Both the position numbers and the translations under genes were made by a program. DNA of 28,998 nucleotides from Candidatus Eiseniibacteriota bacterium (GTDB taxonomy: Bacteria > Eisenbacteria > RBG-16-71-46 > CAVPCR01 > CBDCWB01), in contig CBDCWB010000009.1 of the NCBI GenBank assembly GCA_965223205.1, forward strand, positions 1 through 28,998. Reading direction: 5' to 3'. This document shows, piece by piece, positions 25,064-28,998 of the stretch. The number at the start of each line of letters is the position of its first letter. Position 1 is the stretch's first letter. The notes under the pieces are model-generated. The model had not been told where the DNA came from and did not search any database. It saw only the letters and a program-made list of their open reading frames with translations.

Positions 25064-25219
25064 TTTCAACTCCCAGGAACTTGGGGCACTCTGGCGCCCG
25101 GGCCGTCTTGGCTTGGCCCTTCCTTGGGTGCGATTCGCGTTGTACGGCGCAGATCCAAGCTAGCAAGTTTCTAGCGGGCAGGCAATAGGTTGTGCCGAAA
25201 GCCGTTCCCCGGAGGCTCG
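25064..25219. promoter_or_regulatory. Divergent lysogeny-control intergenic region. It contains the inverted repeat GCTAG-N7-CTAGC (25159-25175), a candidate operator.
   Basis: 156-nt gap between the peptide/TPR operon (-) and the tandem-HTH regulator (+). The repeat is gctagcaagtttctagc. Confidence 0.35.
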
Positions 25220-25753
25220 ATGCGCGACAGGGTGTCGCTACTACACGCACAGGGAGTGCGAAAAACCGTCGGCGAGTGGCTTAAGTGGCTCCGGTTGAAT
25301 AGCGGCCTCCGGTTGCCACGCCAGGCACAGCAGCTTGGAATCGAGGAGTCCGTGTTGCGGGATCTCGAAGAGGATCGGGCCGAGCCGAGCGCGAGCATTG
25401 CGCTGCGGCTTGCTGACTTCTACCGGCTCTCGGAGCGAGAGCTTAGGATCGTGTTCGGCGTGCCGCGCGGCATCGACGTCGATCCTCCTCTACTGCATAC
25501 ACGCACAGAAACCGCTACAATCGAGTCCATGGACCAAGTGGACCACATAGGAACTGCGATCAGGGAGGGGCGTGATCGTGCCGGCCTTACTCAGCAGCAA
25601 GTTGCCGAGATGATCGGAGCCTACAGACCCGACCTCTCCGACTGGGAGCGAGGCGAGCGCACTCCCAGTGCCGTTACCCTCCTGCGACTCGCCCGAGCGT
25701 TACGACTCGACCTCAATCGCCTCGCCCGAAGATTCTCGCTTGACAAAACGTAG
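25220..25753 (+). CDS. Tandem-HTH (2x XRE-type) transcriptional regulator, candidate prophage repressor.
   Basis: A GGAGG sits 4 nt upstream of the ATG. HTH 1 is LKWLRLNSGLRLPRQAQQLGIEESVLRDLEED. HTH 2 is IREGRDRAGLTQQQVAEMIGAYRPDLSDWERGERTPS. It is divergent from the peptide/TPR operon and lies 5' of xis-int. Confidence 0.65.
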   Translation: MRDRVSLLHAQGVRKTVGEWLKWLRLNSGLRLPRQAQQLGIEESVLRDLEEDRAEPSASIALRLADFYRLSERELRIVFGVPRGIDVDPPLLHTRTETATIESMDQVDHIGTAIREGRDRAGLTQQQVAEMIGAYRPDLSDWERGERTPSAVTLLRLARALRLDLNRLARRFSLDKT

Positions 25754-25775
25754 AGATTAGTATACCTTAGTAAAC

Positions 25776-25796
25776 GTCGACCGGGGGTCGGTCGAC
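25776..25796 (+). terminator. Perfect hairpin GTCGACCG-ggggt-CGGTCGAC located 23 nt after the regulator stop (no U-tract).
   Basis: 8-bp perfect inverted repeat with a 5-nt loop, seen directly in the sequence. The terminator/operator role is inferred. Confidence 0.35.
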
Positions 25797-25884
25797 ACTC
25801 CCAGGGGGAGGCGGGTAGGTGGTCTTGGCATTGTCGCCGCCCGCCTCCTGGGGCAAATCACCCAACTCTACCACGATTGCCAAA

Positions 25885-26079
25885 ATGGCAAAGCGGAGAG
25901 ACCTCGACATCCTGCTGACTGCGGGAGAGGTGGCCCAGCTGCTCCGGACGACACGGAGAGCGGTCTACTCCCGGGTACAGCGGGGCGAGATTCCCGGGGT
26001 GGTCAGGGTGGGGCGGTCGCTCCGGTTCCAGCGGGCGGCGGTGCTACAGTGGCTCCGGGCGTGTGGCCCTCTAGAATAG
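25885..26079 (+). CDS. xis: Excisionase / AlpA-like HTH DNA-binding protein.
   Basis: MAKRRDLDILLTAGEVAQLLRTTRRAVYSRVQRGEIPGVVRVGRSLRFQRAAVLQWL is typical of the excisionase-family HTH. It lies immediately 5' of the integrase. Confidence 0.7.
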   Translation: MAKRRDLDILLTAGEVAQLLRTTRRAVYSRVQRGEIPGVVRVGRSLRFQRAAVLQWLRACGPLE

Positions 26080-26089
26080 GAGGGCTCAA

Positions 26090-27190
26090 ATGACCGTGAA
26101 GGTCCGGCCGTACCGTCGGGGTGGTTGGGAGGTGGATCTCAGGGTAGTGCTGCCAGACGGCAGCGAGTTTCGTGAGCGTCGCAAATCACCGCTAACGTCG
26201 CGAGAGGGATCGCGGCGGTGGGGTGAGGCTCGCGAGCGAGAGTTGGTTCGTCGGGGCTTTCGGCCCCGGCGCAACGTCAAGACGCTTGGGGGGTTCGCGG
26301 AGATGTATCTCGAGTACATGGCGAGCAATCGTTGCAAGCCTAGCTACATCGACGCGCACCGCAAGTTGATCGCGGCTCACCTTAGCCCGCTGCTCGGGCA
26401 GGTCAGGCTCGATGCCATCGACCAGCCGGCAGTGGAGCGGCTCAAGGCACGACTTTCGGGTCGGGCGGCGAGTACGACCAACAACGCGCTGATCTGCCTG
26501 AGTGCAGTGCTGCGCGCTGCTGTGGCGCTTGGTGAGTTGGGTGAGGCTCCCTGCGTCATTAAGCACGTGCGGTCGGTCGAGGCGGATGAAGTGGCGTTCT
26601 ACGACGTCGCAGACTACGCCCGACTAGTGTCGGCAGCGCGGGAGCAGGATCCGCGCACCCATCTCGTGGTGTTGCTGGGTGGGCGTGCGGGGCTCAGGTC
26701 CGGGGAGATGATCGCTCTCCGCTGGGACCGCGTTGACTTCCGTCGCCGGCAGATCGCGGTGACGAGCTCGTCATGGAGGGGTGTGGAGACGGCGGCCAAG
26801 AGTCGCCGGAAGCGCATCATCCCGCTGGCACAGTCGCTGTTGGATGCGTTGCGTGCTCATCAGCACCTGCGCAGTCGCTACGTCCTTTGTAGTGAGGACG
26901 GGGCGCCGATAGGCTACTACAAGATGCGAGGGTTGATCCGTCGCGCTTGCAAGCTTGCCGGTGTCGAGTTTCGTGGGGTGCACGTGCTGCGCCACACGTG
27001 TTGTTCGCACCTCGCCATGGCGGGGGTGCCTGTGCGTGTGATCCAGGAGATTGCCGGCCATCGGCAGCTGGCGACCACGCAGAGGTACATGCACTTGTCT
27101 CCTTCGCGCGTCGACGACGGCATCCGAGTGATGGATGCTCTTGGAGACGCTTGGGAGACGCAATCTACGGAGAGCTGCAAGTCGTGTTAG
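26090..27190 (+). CDS. int: Tyrosine recombinase / phage integrase.
   Basis: An AGGAGGG RBS is present. The C-terminal catalytic signature ...LRHTCCSHLAMAGVPVRVIQEIAGHRQLATTQRYMHL shows the H-x-x-R ... Y pattern. The N-terminal region is a core-binding domain. Confidence 0.85.
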   Translation: MTVKVRPYRRGGWEVDLRVVLPDGSEFRERRKSPLTSREGSRRWGEARERELVRRGFRPRRNVKTLGGFAEMYLEYMASNRCKPSYIDAHRKLIAAHLSPLLGQVRLDAIDQPAVERLKARLSGRAASTTNNALICLSAVLRAAVALGELGEAPCVIKHVRSVEADEVAFYDVADYARLVSAAREQDPRTHLVVLLGGRAGLRSGEMIALRWDRVDFRRRQIAVTSSSWRGVETAAKSRRKRIIPLAQSLLDALRAHQHLRSRYVLCSEDGAPIGYYKMRGLIRRACKLAGVEFRGVHVLRHTCCSHLAMAGVPVRVIQEIAGHRQLATTQRYMHLSPSRVDDGIRVMDALGDAWETQSTESCKSC

Positions 27191-27214
27191 GGAGTCACTT
27201 GCGGGTTGAGATCA

Positions 27215-27264
27215 GCGGTTTCCTAAACCGCGTGTCGGGTGTTCGAGTCGCCCCGGGGGCGCCA
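27215..27264 (+). other. 3' portion of tRNA-Arg(CCU): anticodon arm, variable loop, T-arm, acceptor 3' strand and CCA. It has no matching 5' half, so it is read as the prophage attachment-site core (attR-type orphan copy).
   Basis: Anticodon stem gcggt/accgc with loop ttCCTaa (U33, A37). Variable loop is gtgtc. T-arm is gggtg-TTCGAGT-cgccc. Acceptor 3' strand is cgggggc, discriminator g, then CCA ending at 27264. The required 5' strand gcccccg is absent upstream, where the integrase lies. Confidence 0.6.
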
Positions 27265-27307
27265 ACCGGCTCGTGGTGTCTCGGTGCTCAGCGCCGCGCG
27301 GCCGGAC

Positions 27308-27943
27308 CTAACGTGAAGCGTGGACGTAGTGCGCCTTGACGCGCCCCCAGCTTGCAGCCGCCACCGGCACCGCGCCAGGCGAGCAAGCGTTGTGACCGCC
27401 AGCCCCGACGCACACCCGGCCGCGATTCTCCGGGGGGATGACGGTTGAGACTCCAGATGGGGTCTTGACGTGGGTACCACCTGGCACGCTCGAATCGACC
27501 ATTTCGAAGCAGCCTGAACCGGCGCTCGAGAAGTGATGGCGACCGATCGGAGCGATGCTGCCGCCGGTGATCGCATCGAAGCTCAACCATAAAGTGGCGC
27601 CTTCACCAGTTCCCCACCGCGGGCTGGCGCCGTGGTAGTGGGAGATGTTCGATTGACAATCCCAGAGTCCGAATTGCCAATTCCAGCTCGGGTCGATCTG
27701 AAAGGCGACTTGGAGGAACGACACCGAGTCGTGGTGGCGAAGTGCAACCGCCACCGCCGGCGTCGTCATGCCGGCGACGTCAAGCGTGGGTTGGGTTGAA
27801 ACACAGTCGTAAGCCGCAGACTGGGCGCACGAGCCGAAAGCGCCGTCGAACGCGTGCGCGATGATTGTCGTGTTCTCATTGATTGCAAGCGCCGGTAGAG
27901 ACAGGCAAATGCTCAGGATAAAAGTGCAGATAAGACGAGCCAT
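27308..27943 (-). CDS. Secreted hypothetical protein (signal peptide MARLICTFILSICLSLPALA). It lies outside the prophage and is probably a host gene.
   Basis: Cys/Trp/His-containing mature part. It is convergent with the tRNA fragment. Confidence 0.5.
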   Translation of the reverse strand: MARLICTFILSICLSLPALAINENTTIIAHAFDGAFGSCAQSAAYDCVSTQPTLDVAGMTTPAVAVALRHHDSVSFLQVAFQIDPSWNWQFGLWDCQSNISHYHGASPRWGTGEGATLWLSFDAITGGSIAPIGRHHFSSAGSGCFEMVDSSVPGGTHVKTPSGVSTVIPPENRGRVCVGAGGHNACSPGAVPVAAASWGRVKAHYVHASR

Positions 27944-28279
27944 GCGAACCTCCCGTCGTCTTCCGGAGACGAGACTCTTCCACTAGAAGCCTGCCGGATT
28001 CTCTGGTTTCCGGCAACTACGTCTCCTGGTTTCTGGCGACTTCGGACCTCCAACCTCGGTCTGGCCCGATGAGCGCAGGGGGTTGGGCCGGTCAGGGTGC
28101 TGCGAAACCGAACGCTTTTGACGCAAACCACGGCCGAGCCTGTTTGCTCCACGGCTCTGCTGGCAGTTGTTGTCGAATTTGTTGCCACAGTCGCGGGGCC
28201 GGCGTTACCATGAGTCTGTAGGTGGACCGTAGCCTGTGGGCCGGCTACGCCGATCAATCGCTGGGAAGGAGGTCGCCTG

Positions 28280-28998
28280 ATGGGACGCCCAGTCCGAACT
28301 GCCTTGGCCGCAGGTGCTCTATGGCTCGCTGCGCTGCCAACCGCTCGGGCTGAGTGGTCGGCTGATCCCGCCCTTAACTTGCCCATCGCTACGCAGCCAG
28401 CCGCTGACATCTTGCCGAAAGTCGCTGTCCTTGGGCCCGGTACCTTTGTTGGTTGGTTCACGGCCGCGGGCGGTGCCTTTGAGCTGCGCCTCCAGTACCT
28501 GGATGCGCGGGGCGTCCCACAATTTCCAGCCGGCGGGCTTTTAGTTTCTGACCATCCGCAGGCCTCATTCTTGGTCGATTGGGATTTGTTGGCCATCGAC
28601 AATGCCGCGGTCTTGGTGTTTGCAGACACTCGACACGGGCCCGACTTTGACGTCCATGCCTATCGCATCGACACCACCGGCAACTTCCTGTGGGGGGATG
28701 ACGGGGTCACCTTGTCAGCCAACGACGACCTGGATGCGGCGCCGCGCGTCGCCGTCAAGGGTGGAGGTTTTGCGGTAGTTTGGTCACGCCATCCAGATCA
28801 GGGCGATGGCGCGTTGATGATGCAATACCTCGACATGGATGGAGCGTCCCAACTGGAGCCGGGCGGTCGCCAGGTGGCTGGGTCGCCGGGCGAGTCCCCC
28901 GGGTTCGCATCGATTTCGACCTTTGCGCATGTTCCTGATCCAGCGCGCGGCGGCGCCGCCATTCCCTCCGTTTTTGCTTCCTGGGTGCGCGACGTTTC
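28280..28998 (+). CDS. Secreted hypothetical protein, 3'-partial (runs off the window end).
   Basis: A strong GGAAGGAGG RBS 7 nt upstream of the ATG. Signal peptide MGRPVRTALAAGALWLAALPTARA. The frame is open to the window end (translated by hand, no stop). Confidence 0.6.
   Translation, partial: MGRPVRTALAAGALWLAALPTARAEWSADPALNLPIATQPAADILPKVAVLGPGTFVGWFTAAGGAFELRLQYLDARGVPQFPAGGLLVSDHPQASFLVDWDLLAIDNAAVLVFADTRHGPDFDVHAYRIDTTGNFLWGDDGVTLSANDDLDAAPRVAVKGGGFAVVWSRHPDQGDGALMMQYLDMDGASQLEPGGRQVAGSPGESPGFASISTFAHVPDPARGGAAIPSVFASWVRDV

Noticed and set aside
27189-27264. A complete tRNA-Arg gene.
   Set aside because: The 3' acceptor strand cgggggc needs a 5' gcccccg, which is absent. The 26 nt upstream (agggagtcacttgcgggttgagatca) form neither an acceptor stem nor a D-arm. 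Only the 3' part is tRNA-like.
27913-28629. The minus-strand 238-aa ORF spanning the host intergenic region.
   Set aside because: It is Arg/Ala/Ser-rich. It crosses a promoter region with a strong RBS for the + strand gene at 28280, and overlaps that gene in antisense.

Overview
High-GC window from the late and lysogeny regions of an integrated siphovirus-like temperate prophage, followed by about 1.7 kb of apparent host DNA. From position 1 to about 20.7 kb, almost every gene is on the + strand and translationally coupled by ATGA, GTGA or 4-8 nt overlaps. In order, this operon contains: (a) a 5'-truncated large virion-module protein with an Fn3-like domain and 13 degenerate ~23-aa tandem repeats; (b) small zinc-ribbon and Walker-A-motif proteins; (c) a prohead protease/scaffold-like protein; (d) a small DUF2190-like protein; (e) an encapsulin-like HK97-fold major capsid protein; (f) six small head-tail connector-region genes; (g) a major tail protein, a tail assembly chaperone with a possible frameshift extension, and a tape measure protein split by a frameshift at a G6 run; (h) two large distal tail proteins; (i) a YkuD-like LD-peptidase candidate plus a membrane/coiled-coil protein, read as a lysis module; (j) a secreted beta-propeller glycosidase-like protein; and (k) a coupled cassette of small membrane and secreted proteins. 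From 20.7 to 27.3 kb is an accessory and lysogeny region. It contains a visibly lower-GC island (hand-counted about 55% GC, against about 70% in structural genes). The island carries a RelE/ParE-like toxin paired with a Panacea(DUF4065)-like protein, a divergent XRE regulator, and a minus-strand operon of a membrane zinc-ribbon protein, a GxxExxY (PD-(D/E)xK-like) protein and a HEPN-like protein. Upstream on the same strand, in backbone GC, lie a TPR protein and a small secreted Cys-rich peptide gene. These are divergent from a tandem-HTH CI-like repressor, which is followed by an excisionase, a tyrosine integrase, and a 3' fragment of tRNA-Arg(CCU) that marks the attachment site. All functional calls rest on motif recognition by eye, with no database searches. 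The most interesting candidates are the membrane-Zn-ribbon/GxxExxY/HEPN operon, the Panacea/RelE-like pair, and the peptide+TPR pair in the lysogeny-control region.
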